64,000 bases of DNA, taken from a virus. Below, one piece after another: positions 45,676 to 56,255 of this stretch. The position numbers were made by a program, and so were the translations under genes. The notes beneath the pieces are model-generated. The model did not search any database and had not been told where the DNA came from. It saw only the letters and a list, made by a program, of their open reading frames with translations. The stretch spans positions 1 through 64,000 of the IMG/VR virus record IMGVR_UViG_3300010397_000042. One strand, 5' to 3'. The number at the start of each line of letters is the position of its first letter. Positions within the stretch are counted from its first letter, which is position 1.

Positions 45676-46737
45676 TTATGCTGCGCTCTTCACGCTATCC
45701 CATTGTTCGGGAGTCATGGCGCTGGCCATGGTCATCTCCTCAACCGTGCTTTGATCCAGACCTTGGGACAGCAGGTCCGCGCCATCGAACGATGCACGTG
45801 GTGTAACGAGCACGCGCAACCCCTTGGACATAACAGCCTTGCGGATCGCCTGCACACGCTTAGTCCACGTCATGTTGGGCGCAACAGCCAATTCCAGATC
45901 CAGATCGTACGGCCACGCGACGCGAACGAACCGATCCAGAAACGCGCCGTCCAGCTTGTTTCGGCCCACGTACTCATGGGTAGCGCCATGCCCCCATGTG
46001 TTGGCCGCAGCGATGATCACGCAATCGGGGTGACGCGTAACCATACCATCGGGGAAGGCTGCTACGCCGTTTGCCAAGAGGGCATTGAACGCAACGAGCG
46101 CGGTGGGATCGGATCCGTCGACCTCATCCCACAAGAACACCCCACCATGTTCGTATGCCTCACGCAACATGGTGCGCTTATAGTTCCCGTTCGCGTCAAT
46201 GAAGCCTAGGAGAGCGTAGGGATCCGAGACTGCACCCGTGTAGTAGAATTTCAAGCCGAGGGCTTTCGCCACGTTCTCAGCAGCGGTGGTCTTGCCCGAT
46301 CCTGCAGGACCTGCAACCCATGCGTTACGCTTGCGCGTGTTGCAAGCGGCGAGCAAGCGGGGAAAATGCTTGTGCTGTAGGCCTACGTCGATCGTGCTCA
46401 GATCCGGCCGAACCACGTTGATCGTGACGGCCTTGATCGAGCTCATGGCTTGCTGGATTGACTCCAGATCAAGCCGTTCCTCGATCATGGGGTAGAGTAC
46501 TTCTGCGAGGCTTTCGAGCGCGTTGGAGTGAGCCTTGGGCGTTTCGGTAGATGAGGTATTGACCTGCATGTTCTCGGACGTTTCACCGCCCCATTTCCCC
46601 CTGCGGGTCCACGAAATCATATCGCCCGCGTGAATGCGATCCGAGCACAAGTCGCACGGACCATCAAACTTTGCAGGAAACGCGCGCTTGACTGATTTGC
46701 CGTTCTTTTCTTCCCAGCACTTGGCATGAAATGGCAT
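45676..46737 (-). CDS. MoxR/CobS-like AAA+ ATPase
   Basis: GPAGSGKT, LWDEVD, AAANT.G.G, GRNKLDGAFLDRF, TPR. Confidence 0.88.
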   Translation of the reverse strand: MPFHAKCWEEKNGKSVKRAFPAKFDGPCDLCSDRIHAGDMISWTRRGKWGGETSENMQVNTSSTETPKAHSNALESLAEVLYPMIEERLDLESIQQAMSSIKAVTINVVRPDLSTIDVGLQHKHFPRLLAACNTRKRNAWVAGPAGSGKTTAAENVAKALGLKFYYTGAVSDPYALLGFIDANGNYKRTMLREAYEHGGVFLWDEVDGSDPTALVAFNALLANGVAAFPDGMVTRHPDCVIIAAANTWGHGATHEYVGRNKLDGAFLDRFVRVAWPYDLDLELAVAPNMTWTKRVQAIRKAVMSKGLRVLVTPRASFDGADLLSQGLDQSTVEEMTMASAMTPEQWDSVKSAA

Positions 46738-47227
46738 GGTCTCTCTCCTGTTTTACGTCTGTTCCGACGCTCGTGATTATGTGTAGCGCGAATCTAAGAG
46801 TCTGTCAATCAATTATCTATCGATCGAGGTTACACGTGGGTGCGCGTGTTTCCCTACATTTATTTCACTTGAATCGAACAACACCAACCTGGTTGCCAGC
46901 GCCAGTGTGTCCCGCATACTGGACACGTCCAATTCGGTCCTTTGCGCTTGGTCGTGCAGACATCACACCAACAATCAATCCCGTGTTTGGTTTTACTCAT
47001 CATGTGCGTTCCTTTCGGATCACTAGCGAGCCATCGAGTGTCGCGTAGGCGACTCCACGGCAGATCCCGGTCACGTATGGCACGTCACATTTGGCGCCTT
47101 GCCAATACACGTTGCCGTCGATTTGACCTCGAACGTCATCCGTTGAGATCATGCGAATCGCTTGGATCGCTAGATCCATATTGGATAGTTCCGCAAACGA
47201 CCAAATCAGCGTGCCTTTACTCATGAC

Positions 47228-47267
47228 GCCCTAAGCCTCGATCCAACGTGGGACCGAGGCTTAGGGC
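47228..47267 (-). promoter_or_regulatory. Conserved start-proximal RNA hairpin, copy 3
   Basis: GCCCTAAGCCTCGGTCCCACGTTGGATCGAGGCTTAGGGC-GTCATG. Confidence 0.6.
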
Positions 47268-47689
47268 ATGAATCTCTGAGTCTATCACTCTAGGATGTAG
47301 CGAGCTCGACGTGTGAGCGGTGGACGAGCGATCATGCCGCGGCTCAGCTCAGCGCGAGCACGTGCGATGATGTTGTAAACGGTCGTGAGATCAACGAGGA
47401 TTTGCTTACTTGGGTGCATGTGGGCCTCCTTCAGATGAAATGGTGTAGGACGATCGCTGCGAAACCAACGTAGGCGAGTAGGGTTCTCATCGGGGTGTTG
47501 GGAGTATGGTGCTGTTCTCAGAGTCTGTCAATCTGTTTTTATCCGCCAGCGCGACGATCGCGATTGGGTTGTGCATGCGAGCGCGATACCAGCGGATGAA
47601 ATGCTCATGACACCGCCTGCATTGGAGCACGGTCGGTGTCACCTGATGACCCGTTGCCGGATGCGCAGGTCCGCCGCAGAAAAAACAGC

Positions 47690-47899
47690 TCATGATACCT
47701 CCACATTGAACCATGCCGCATCGGTGCTCATGACGCGCGAGATGATGCGGGCGTACTGACTGCGATCCATCTCACGGCCGATCGTGAGTGAGAACATCTC
47801 GCACACACGACGGGCCGTTGCGATACGAGACTTCGTGGTCTCGATCGTAAACTTGTGTGCACCTTGTGTCGTGAGGATCGTGACGTTCCGGGTAGCCAT
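47690..47899 (-). CDS. Hypothetical protein (leaderless)
   Basis: Promoter at 47906-47934, ATG 6 nt after the -10. Confidence 0.6.
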   Translation of the reverse strand: MATRNVTILTTQGAHKFTIETTKSRIATARRVCEMFSLTIGREMDRSQYARIISRVMSTDAAWFNVEVS

Positions 47900-48276
47900 G
47901 ACCAGAGTATGGCCGCTACCTCAGAGTCTGTCAAGACTTCACTTGAGAATAGTTCGTACCTGGCGGTACGTATGCCCAAAAATACGTGCCATCCCGGCGT
48001 TTGATCTGGATCTTGTGCCATCCCAATTGTATTAGTTCGCGTGGTGTTATCTTGATTTTCCTAGGGTTAGATTGTTGCGATTCGTTTCAATTTGAAGCGC
48101 GCCCAATTTCGTGAGTCGTAAGACCACGTGGCCTTGATTCGACGCAACCGAGATCCACCGCTGTTTGATTGCTTCCCAATAGAGAGCGAGCTGGTCAGGC
48201 GAGTCAATTCGAAGCTCAGTGATCACACGTTCGAGCACTGCTATCTGTTGCCGTAGATCGGCTATCGTCTGGCGAC

Positions 48277-48582
48277 TCATAGCTCGTCCACCAAAGAGCG
48301 GAGATCTTCCTTGCTCATTTGCTCCAGGATGCGCCGTAGCGTCCGTTTGACACCTGCAACGTACGTAGACCTCCCGTTGTGCATCGATGCCGTGCGGCGC
48401 CACGTGCGATCGTTCGTCTGGTCGGGATCGCGCTCGAGACGAGCTTCCGGGTAGTCCCGGTACCAGCGTTTGAGGTACGGGCCGTATAGACTCTCGTGGT
48501 AGTCGAATGCTGGATGAGTCGTGACCATACGTCCGATGATTTGGAAACCATGCTTGACGAGAAAGTATGTAATGTCTGACAT
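48277..48582 (-). CDS. Hypothetical protein (leaderless)
   Basis: Promoter at 48590-48618. Confidence 0.6.
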   Translation of the reverse strand: MSDITYFLVKHGFQIIGRMVTTHPAFDYHESLYGPYLKRWYRDYPEARLERDPDQTNDRTWRRTASMHNGRSTYVAGVKRTLRRILEQMSKEDLRSLVDEL

Positions 48583-48619
48583 GACCTATAGTGTAGCAGA
48601 AAGCTTGTAGTATGTCAAG

Positions 48620-48900
48620 AGACGGTAGGATACGGGGGTAGTCGAGAGGGGTATCCTCGGGAACTTCAATGATTCCAATGACTCTATACCCTAGAAACCC
48701 TAAAACACCCTAGATTTGAAAAGTCAAAAGATTATTTACGTCACCTAATAGGTTTTGCTATAGACCTATATGCGGAGAGGGTATAGACGGTATCTACAGA
48801 TTCGTGAATGATTTCATAGGCAATTTGACCAAAATCGGAAAACCATAGGGTGTCGAAGGCTTACCGCGCTTTTTTGAGTGATTTCGAGGGCTACCAGAAA
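48620..48900. other. Candidate replication origin
   Basis: Non-coding, AT-rich; ACCCTA three times at 48688, 48697, 48707 and inverted TAGGGT at 48846; lies between divergent promoters. Confidence 0.4.
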
Positions 48901-48960
48901 TCGACACAACTATCCCAATCGGTATTGGACACACTCTAAGATCCGATCCATACTATCAGC

Positions 48961-49107
48961 ATGTACACGCTCAACAATCAAAACACGTTCGGCAGCTTCT
49001 CTGATGCAATCGAGGCCTCGCGCGACTTGCGCGACGCTGGTTATCGCGGGGTCATTGTGATCCACGACGAGAATGGCGAAGTCTGTTACTACCACGCCGC
49101 GCTGTAA
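48961..49107 (+). CDS. Small leaderless protein (MYTLNNQ...)
   Basis: Promoter at 48926-48954, ATG 6 nt later. Confidence 0.55.
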   Translation: MYTLNNQNTFGSFSDAIEASRDLRDAGYRGVIVIHDENGEVCYYHAAL

Positions 49108-49300
49108 GGCTCGACGACATAACCCGCAGGGGATAACCGCTAACGCGGTGTCTCTTGCGGGGGCAGGGGGAGCCGCTAAGCACTGCGGGGCGATGAATGC
49201 GTAGTGTGTTAGCTAATAACACCTACATCTCTCACTTATTATCAATCATTAGCGCTATTAGACATCGACACACTCTAAGAAATCGAGTCATGCTCTAGTT

Positions 49301-49498
49301 ATGTACACGGTCATCATCATCCACGCACCGATCCTCGGTAACTACAGCGCTAGCAACGTGCTCTGCTACGTCCGTTCGCGCAAGGCAGCGGACAAGATGG
49401 TGCGCGAGCTTAGCGCTAAGAACGCGGGCAACGGTTACGTCGCAGGCTACATGTTTTGCGAGGGAAAGCTCGCAAGTACGATTTCTCAGATTTCTTGA
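49301..49498 (+). CDS. Small leaderless protein
   Basis: Promoter at 49265-49294, ATG 6 nt later. Confidence 0.55.
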   Translation: MYTVIIIHAPILGNYSASNVLCYVRSRKAADKMVRELSAKNAGNGYVAGYMFCEGKLASTISQIS

Positions 49499-49533
49499 TT
49501 GACATACTCTGAGGCCCACGCTATAGTCTACTC

Positions 49534-49692
49534 ATGTTCGACGCCGCAAAAAAGCACGATGCCCGACGCGCCGAAGTCTACGCGCGTTTGCTCGCCGCTA
49601 CGGCCGCTCTTGAGGCCTCGATCGCAACGTCCGTCAAGTACGTCAGCACCACGGCCGACACCACGGCCGCCACTGTTCGCCCCTCGCGCTGA
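49534..49692 (+). CDS. Small leaderless protein (MFDAAKKHDARR...)
   Basis: Promoter TTGACATACTCTGAG...TATAGT at 49499-49527. Confidence 0.55.
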   Translation: MFDAAKKHDARRAEVYARLLAATAALEASIATSVKYVSTTADTTAATVRPSR

Positions 49693-49718
49693 TACACTCT
49701 AAGAAAGGCGATAATCCC

Positions 49719-50054
49719 ATGGTCACCCTATCGTTCATTGTACTCGCGCTGTTCCCCATCGTGCTCCCGTCGGTACTTGCCCTCGTTGGGCTCGTCCTGC
49801 TCGTGTGCGTCCCCACGCGCTCGTTTGAGCGTGAGGAGACTGCTCTGTACGTTGCCGAACAAGCGGCACTCTGGTCGGCCGTACGGGACGCGTACAATGC
49901 GGATGCGTTAGAGCTTGGGCTCGCTGTCGTGGAAGCGCAGCACACACCTGTACCTACAGAGCCTACCATGGCGGATGCGCTCTTCGCTGGGATGGCGGTT
50001 TACAGTAGGATTAGAACTTCTAATGTCACTGTAATCGATGAGTCGAGGGCCTGA
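49719..50054 (+). CDS. Membrane protein
   Basis: About 30-aa hydrophobic N-terminus. Confidence 0.55.
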   Translation: MVTLSFIVLALFPIVLPSVLALVGLVLLVCVPTRSFEREETALYVAEQAALWSAVRDAYNADALELGLAVVEAQHTPVPTEPTMADALFAGMAVYSRIRTSNVTVIDESRA

Positions 50055-50432
50055 GTATCCCGTTCGGGATGTAGTACACTCGATAGGGATAGCATTAGCG
50101 CGATAATCGCTATCCCAACTCGGATATTACGCGATGCGTTATCCGCGCGATATTACTCATGATTTCGCACTGGGGGCCGATACCCCCTCCCCACCCCCCT
50201 CGTAGGAACGCAGGACTGGTCCCCCTACAACAAGAAACGATACTAGCATTAGGTGTAGACTACACCTTATTCCTACGATAATGGCACCCGTCGTGGTCTT
50301 TGCACTTCCATGTGCCCTCGCCGAAGATCTGTCTCGGGTATGAGTTATTGTCACATAACTCACACGGCCTCAGGTATCCACGCATCCACAAGCAACCCCC
50401 ACCGAATCCAATCAAAGCAAAGATAATAGCTA

Positions 50433-50942
50433 CTAGAAGCACTTATTTTCCCCATTCTGACCTGCGTTATCGCAGTGTTCTTTGATCCATCGTTTGTAAT
50501 ACCAAACGCTTCGATCGAGCTGCAGATACTTCCCGGTGATCGGCACATCAACGAGCTGTCCATCGCAGATCCATGCGCTCTCCGTGCGTCCAACCAGGAC
50601 CTCGTTCCCACGTAGATCATGCCCTACGTGATGCTTGAGGGTCCCAGTACAGTGAGATTTCGCCCACTCGTTCATGCGAACCTCTTCGGCATCGAGCTCG
50701 CGTTTTTTATCGGCTAGCTTCGCCTCGTAGTCGTCGCACTGAGGACACCTCACACGTTTGGCAATGTCGGTCCGAGGTGGCGGATCTGGCTGCGCAGGCG
50801 GTGGTCTGTTCGCAACTTCGATTTGCCGTGCCTGATCAGCCTGCTCAGCAGGAGTTGGAGGTCTCCACGATTTGTCCTCCGCATGACTCGCAGCACATCC
50901 CGTCGCTATCAGTACCAGCCCAAAAAAATAAAATTTTCTCAT
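50433..50942 (-). CDS. Predicted lipoprotein
   Basis: Signal peptide ending IATGC. Confidence 0.65.
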   Translation of the reverse strand: MRKFYFFGLVLIATGCAASHAEDKSWRPPTPAEQADQARQIEVANRPPPAQPDPPPRTDIAKRVRCPQCDDYEAKLADKKRELDAEEVRMNEWAKSHCTGTLKHHVGHDLRGNEVLVGRTESAWICDGQLVDVPITGKYLQLDRSVWYYKRWIKEHCDNAGQNGENKCF

Positions 50943-51620
50943 TTCGGAATGGTAATAATCGAAGAGTGTGTCGTCAAGAGCTCATGTTCGAGGTCCCTGC
51001 AGGCTCTCAAGTGCAACGCGTAGATCCACCTCGCGATCCCTAATGAAGGCAGCTACATACTTGCTCTGAGCAGGATCGTTTCGTTGTGGGTCAGTACACC
51101 AATTGATGAGGCCTCTGGCCGCCACGATGACTCGCCACATCCCATCGATCTTTTTCTGCGCTGCCTGAGGTCCCTTGACACCCAAATCCCGCTCTACGTC
51201 TTCCCAACTCATTTGTTTATCCTCTGACCATCGGTGTTCGCCATCCGAGTGGTAGTCGAGAAGGTGATTCTTCCCAAAGACGCACTCGTATCCGTTGTAA
51301 GTCGCTCCACATTGTAAGTCCGGTCGTTCGATCGTGAATGGCGACTTGAATCCCATCTCGCGAGCAATCTCCTCGAGTCGCTCATCGCTGGCATCGATCG
51401 CAGGTCCGTGGATCTGCTGATACGCGAGCAATCGCTTCGCCGGATTAGGCGATATACACCATCCCAACCGGATGCCGCCAACATCTCCCCACCAGATCAG
51501 AGCCGAGTCCTGCTTCATCGAGTCTCCTTTGCGCCGCAGCGCGAGCAGCGGTAGTAGTCGAACGGCCCCAGGAGGAATCCAGCCGCCACAGGTGGCCAAA
51601 CATCATGCACATCCAAGCGA

Positions 51621-52442
51621 TCATGTGCCCTCCTGCGTTGCCTTGGCCGAGGCTCGCCACGCCTCGAGCGCGTTTGAGAGGACCACGTAGGTCCCGAACC
51701 CTACCTGCGTCTCCCGGATGTCATTCTTCCCGAGGGTCTCGCGGACTCTTTCTGCAACCTCGGCGACCTTCCGGAGCGCGGCGAGCTCGATGTGCAACGC
51801 TTCGAGCTTCGATGCGTCGCCAGAATTGAGCACCCGGATATCGCCGACCCGGGGGGCCGTGCGATCGAATTCAGCGCAAGGACCATCGCACGGCGTTGCC
51901 CTCTCTCGGCGTCGCAGCGCACGGAAAGTCTCGACGAGATGGTGCTCGATATGGCCGTTGCTCACGTCGCGCTCGACGATGGCCACGCATGCCTCAATGG
52001 CGTTGTCCCACGTCGCGTCCAGCGATGCAGTCCAGCTCGGCTGCGCCTCGTTGGAGCAATACCCTGGCACATCGCGCCGAAGATTCTCGGGCATGCGACG
52101 CCACACGAAGGGGTCAATCCCTGACCCTACGGGCGGGTCATCGGCGGAGTCCCGCTCATCTACCTGCTCCCAAAACCCGCACTCCTCGGGATGACCTGAG
52201 GGGCGATGACAACGCCTCAGAAACGGGATATCGGACTGAACGGCGAACGTACCCGTGCACCTCGGTTCGGCGGAGCAAAGCGGGATCCGCTCCCCATCCT
52301 CGCTTACATACGTGTCTGCAGGTCCTGGTACGATGGCGATAGTTGTCTCGCTCTCTCCTCGTCCTTGAGCAGTATTCACCAGACGGCTTTTCGGCTTTGC
52401 CGTGCCATCCTCATCTAAACGAGCAAACTCATCATTCGACAT
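51621..52442 (-). CDS. Mosaic modular protein B (shares linkers with 11307-12161)
   Basis: SAE, SNE, RRRERATP and ALRKVAE linkers. Confidence 0.7.
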   Translation of the reverse strand: MSNDEFARLDEDGTAKPKSRLVNTAQGRGESETTIAIVPGPADTYVSEDGERIPLCSAEPRCTGTFAVQSDIPFLRRCHRPSGHPEECGFWEQVDERDSADDPPVGSGIDPFVWRRMPENLRRDVPGYCSNEAQPSWTASLDATWDNAIEACVAIVERDVSNGHIEHHLVETFRALRRRERATPCDGPCAEFDRTAPRVGDIRVLNSGDASKLEALHIELAALRKVAEVAERVRETLGKNDIRETQVGFGTYVVLSNALEAWRASAKATQEGT

Positions 52443-52452
52443 AGCTAACTCC

Positions 52453-52908
52453 TTATGCCCATTCGACGTAGTCTGCTTCGAGTTGCGCTAGCGTGCGTGT
52501 TTCATCGTTGATCCGACGTGTCAGACTAGCGATCGTGCTCTGGATCGATTCACGTCGCTTCTCGAGCACGCTGGGTACCGGCTTACCGAGGTACCGACGG
52601 AAGAAATCGGTAGCCGTGAAGCGCCGTCCATCCATGGTTTCCAGTCCCTCAATACTCTCATTCCGGCCTGAGAAGGATCGAAGTACCCAGCACTGCTTTC
52701 CGACCATGTCATCGAGCTTGTTCACTCGAAACAGAGCGCAGATCTCTCTGGTCCACTGCTCTCGGAATTCGTTCAGTACATAGCCACCGAAGGCTTGAAA
52801 GCACCCTTCGGTGAGTCTGATTCCGATAAACATGGTATCGAACCGTCCATCGCAGTCGTCATCTTTGATGTAATCGATGGTTCCGTGCTCACGATGTTGC
52901 TTTTTCAT
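52453..52908 (-). CDS. Conserved hypothetical phage protein
   Basis: QAFGGYVL...VGK motif pattern. Confidence 0.65.
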   Translation of the reverse strand: MKKQHREHGTIDYIKDDDCDGRFDTMFIGIRLTEGCFQAFGGYVLNEFREQWTREICALFRVNKLDDMVGKQCWVLRSFSGRNESIEGLETMDGRRFTATDFFRRYLGKPVPSVLEKRRESIQSTIASLTRRINDETRTLAQLEADYVEWA

Positions 52909-53300
52909 GATCCGAACTCCACAAGTCGAACGGGAATGCCCTTCTCTCGAGCCTTCTTGACGGTGTCCATGGTGCCTCCTGTCTTTCCATCCCAGAACGC
53001 GAGCACGTAATCGACCCCCGAGTTCACCATCTGAGTGTTCCTCATCGGGCCGGCTTTCTTCCCGTAGGTGTTCCAGTCGGCAAGAAAGACCTCCGTTGAG
53101 AACCCCATTTCCTTAGCCACACCGTCGGCAAACATGTCCGCACCGCTCTCCAGTACCTGCTTTCTTCGAACCATCTTGTACTTTCCCTGTCCTCCATGGA
53201 CGATCGTGACGCCCTCTTCAGGAAGCGTTTCGAACTCACGCCTCATGACGGGTAGATGCTTCTCGCGGAACGTTCGGGACCCGCAAACAAGTACTCTCAT
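52905..53300 (-). CDS. SLOG family (YspA/DUF2493-like) protein
   Basis: RVLVCGSR, IVHGG, GAD, ADW..YGKKAGPMRN..M, LAFWDG.TGGT. Confidence 0.88.
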   Translation of the reverse strand: MRVLVCGSRTFREKHLPVMRREFETLPEEGVTIVHGGQGKYKMVRRKQVLESGADMFADGVAKEMGFSTEVFLADWNTYGKKAGPMRNTQMVNSGVDYVLAFWDGKTGGTMDTVKKAREKGIPVRLVEFGS

Positions 53301-53526
53301 GCTCGAGCCAGCCGATCGAAGTGAATTTGAGCCTCATCCAGAGCGAATTTGGCCTTCTTCAACAACTCAACTCGAAGTCGCGCCACTGCTTCCTCAGGCG
53401 AATCGGCCACGACGACCTTGTGAACTGCCCCAGGAAGCACCGTTCCAGCACTCCACTTGCCCCCGTTGATGCAAAAAGTGACCGTACTCGCCGGAAAAGC
53501 ATTCAAAATAGCCCTAATATCGTCGT

Positions 53527-53736
53527 TCATGCTTGGTACTCGGGGCACATCGACATTGCCTTCTTCGCGTAGAAGCAGGCTTCTTCCATCTTCGTTCGAC
53601 AGAGACTCAGCTCCCTCGACTCCACGGTAAGAGCTCGTAGAAGTCCTTCCAGCATCAGATCGAACCCTTGTGCGATTTGCTTGGCTCGTTCTTGCCCTTG
53701 CTCATTCAACATGTGTACTTCAAATTCCTTATTCAT
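53527..53736 (-). CDS. Small protein with SRELSL..TKMEEACF.A motif (Acb2/Tad1-like hairpin candidate)
   Basis: Motif resembles phage cyclic-nucleotide sponge hairpin proteins; not verified. Confidence 0.5.
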   Translation of the reverse strand: MNKEFEVHMLNEQGQERAKQIAQGFDLMLEGLLRALTVESRELSLCRTKMEEACFYAKKAMSMCPEYQA

Positions 53737-53924
53737 TTAGCAGGCACCTCTCCGTTCCCATCACACCAATCGCAGTCAATCCATCCGAAACCCTGACACT
53801 CCTCGCACTCCCCAACCTCTTCGTCGTCAGGATGCGTGTCCGCGTCACCCGAGCCCCCGCAGTTCCAGCAGATGATGGTCCCATCGCCATCGCACTCTGG
53901 GCATTCATCGTAAATCTCGTCCAT
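53733..53924 (-). CDS. DnaJ-type zinc-finger protein
   Basis: Four CxxCxGxG repeats. Confidence 0.75.
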   Translation of the reverse strand: MDEIYDECPECDGDGTIICWNCGGSGDADTHPDDEEVGECEECQGFGWIDCDWCDGNGEVPAK

Positions 53925-54110
53925 TTCTCATAAGCTCCATAATGTCTTGTTCAAGCTCCCCGATCTTGCGATCTAAAACACGAATAATCCGAGCCAAATC
54001 TCGAGATTTGGGTGGAATCTTGTCGTTCCAAGCAGACTCGATCTCCAATTCCCGTGCTCGCTTGACGATGTCTTCCCAATCCCAGTCATCAACCGGATCC
54101 CAACGCTCGG

Positions 54111-54509
54111 TCATTCGAAGAACACCGAGGGGGTCGGATTGCCGTTTTGGATCCGAATCCAGCTCAAAAGCTCCCGCTTCCGGTCGCTCCCCAGCGCCGC
54201 CTGAAGCAGAATCCGCTCCTCATGGGAGCGCACCGGTCGATTGAGATACACAATGACGTGTCGATGTGGGAGTCCGCTTTTGGAAGGAATGGCGCCGTAT
54301 CCAAACACGTATCCAGCTTGGCTCAGTACCGTGTAGTGTCTCAAAAACACCCCGAAGTCCTCTTCCGTATCGATATCGATGAAGAGTTCGTGCTCTGCTG
54401 GTTCCACAACCTGCTGTCCGGCTCCGGCAGCACACACCTTTTGAAAATCCTGACTGAAGTAGTCATCCAACGACGGTGCCTTGCGCACTTCCATGCAGAG
54501 TTTAGTCAT
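54111..54509 (-). CDS. Conserved phage protein (DID...SKSG..H...LQAALGSD)
   Basis: Motif pattern reminiscent of AEP-like small proteins. Confidence 0.55.
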   Translation of the reverse strand: MTKLCMEVRKAPSLDDYFSQDFQKVCAAGAGQQVVEPAEHELFIDIDTEEDFGVFLRHYTVLSQAGYVFGYGAIPSKSGLPHRHVIVYLNRPVRSHEERILLQAALGSDRKRELLSWIRIQNGNPTPSVFFE

Positions 54510-56255
54510 AATGTCCTCTTAGCTTTGAGCTTGGTAAGCCGGCATTCCAGATCTGCAATCTGCTTTTCGATCTCACCGCATTTGAAACAAGTCCAGACAC
54601 CATCTACCTCGATTTCCGATTTCGTAGCGTCATCTAGACCCTCCTCGTAAGAACCAATCGCCTTATGTCCACACGAGAGCACGGGAAACCACTGACGTGG
54701 CGGCTGATAATCGGCCCAGTCTATGATCTTGACCTTCATAGAAAACGCTCCACTCGACGCTGTTCTGGCGTCACTAGATCCCCATACCAAATCTCAACCT
54801 CATCGAGTGCCACCCAGTGCTCGATTCCGTGAACTGGCACTCGTAATCCAGGCACCTGACTGTGAACATCGTAGGAATGCCCATGGTCGTAGACCCTACG
54901 GGTCTCAGTTCGGATGGAGATCAGTTCGAAGGTTGCGACTCCATTCGGCCATTGCACCATAACGACATCCCCATCCTCGAAGATGAGTCCGTATCGAACG
55001 TTGGCCGTCTTGTCCGGACCCAGCCCGAATCCTGGAAGGGAGAAGTAGATGTTTCCCCAGTCATCATGCCGCTCAAGTTTGATGTATTGATGGCTCATCG
55101 ACCATCCCATCGGAAGCGTTCCATGACCGTCCTAGCCTTTGAAATGGAACCCCATACGATCAGGTTGTAGACGTCGCTAATGAGTTCCTGCGCTCGCCAA
55201 CGCATTAGCGCCAGCTCATCGCGTTCTTTCCGCAGCTCCTCATTCTCAGCCCTCAGAACCTCGAGCTCCTGCTCGTAGGAGGCCTTGATTGACGAAACAG
55301 CAGCTCCGGCCACCGCTCCAACAGCCTCATTGAGATCCTTCCACGGATCCTGCTGGGGCTGCCTCCAGTTTGAAATCCAATCTCTAATACTCACGACTGA
55401 GATCTCCAGGACTGAAGGGCGTCTCGCATGGCCACCAAGTAGGCCTCAACGGCTACGACCTCGGCCTCGAACATCGTCTCACACGGAACCCAGTTTCTCG
55501 CCGTCTGTACCAAGACTCGAGCCTGAGCGAGCTCCTCCGGTGAGGTTCGCCAGAACCTGAACGTGAGCGATAACTCACCCGGTTGCTCGGCGTCATCATC
55601 ATGCCAATCGATCCGAATCATCGTCCGTATTCTGCCTCCTCGGCAGCTTGTTGGAGTTGCTCACCAAGCATTCGAGCGATGTCGCACGTGAGAGTTTGAC
55701 CGGTTCCTCCGATGCTCAGGTGAACCTGTTTTCCCTCCTCATTCCACGTGAGCTTGATATCTTCGAACATCCAAACAGCGCTTCTTTCCATTGCAGGCAC
55801 CCTCTCTATTTCTCCCGGCGTTCGATATGCACTCATAGCTTCAGAACCTCCTCAGCTTCCTCCGCGATGTCGGAGAGCTCGAGGATGATTTCTGCGGCAT
55901 CATCGCCATGCCAACTCAGATGGACCAACCTCTCCAGAATCTCTTCCATCGCTTCGTATTTCTCTCGGTTCATTTCGTAGTCCTTATAAAACGGGTCCCC
56001 GGAGCCGTAGCTCCGGGAAATCCCTAATCTGAAGAAGAGAAGAACCCATAAGGCCAAAAGAGAGACATTGAGAACCTTGTCCACGCTTGCATGACCTCGG
56101 GACTGGACTTCAGCCCCTTGAACTGCTCGAGGACTTCAGCTCCCACAAGATTCCAGACATCCTCCCAGGAATCCCATCGTCCCATCATCCAAAGAGGACA
56201 GAACCATGTGAGTACCGACAGTCCGGAATAGAAGAAGATAAGCGAAGCGATAAAG

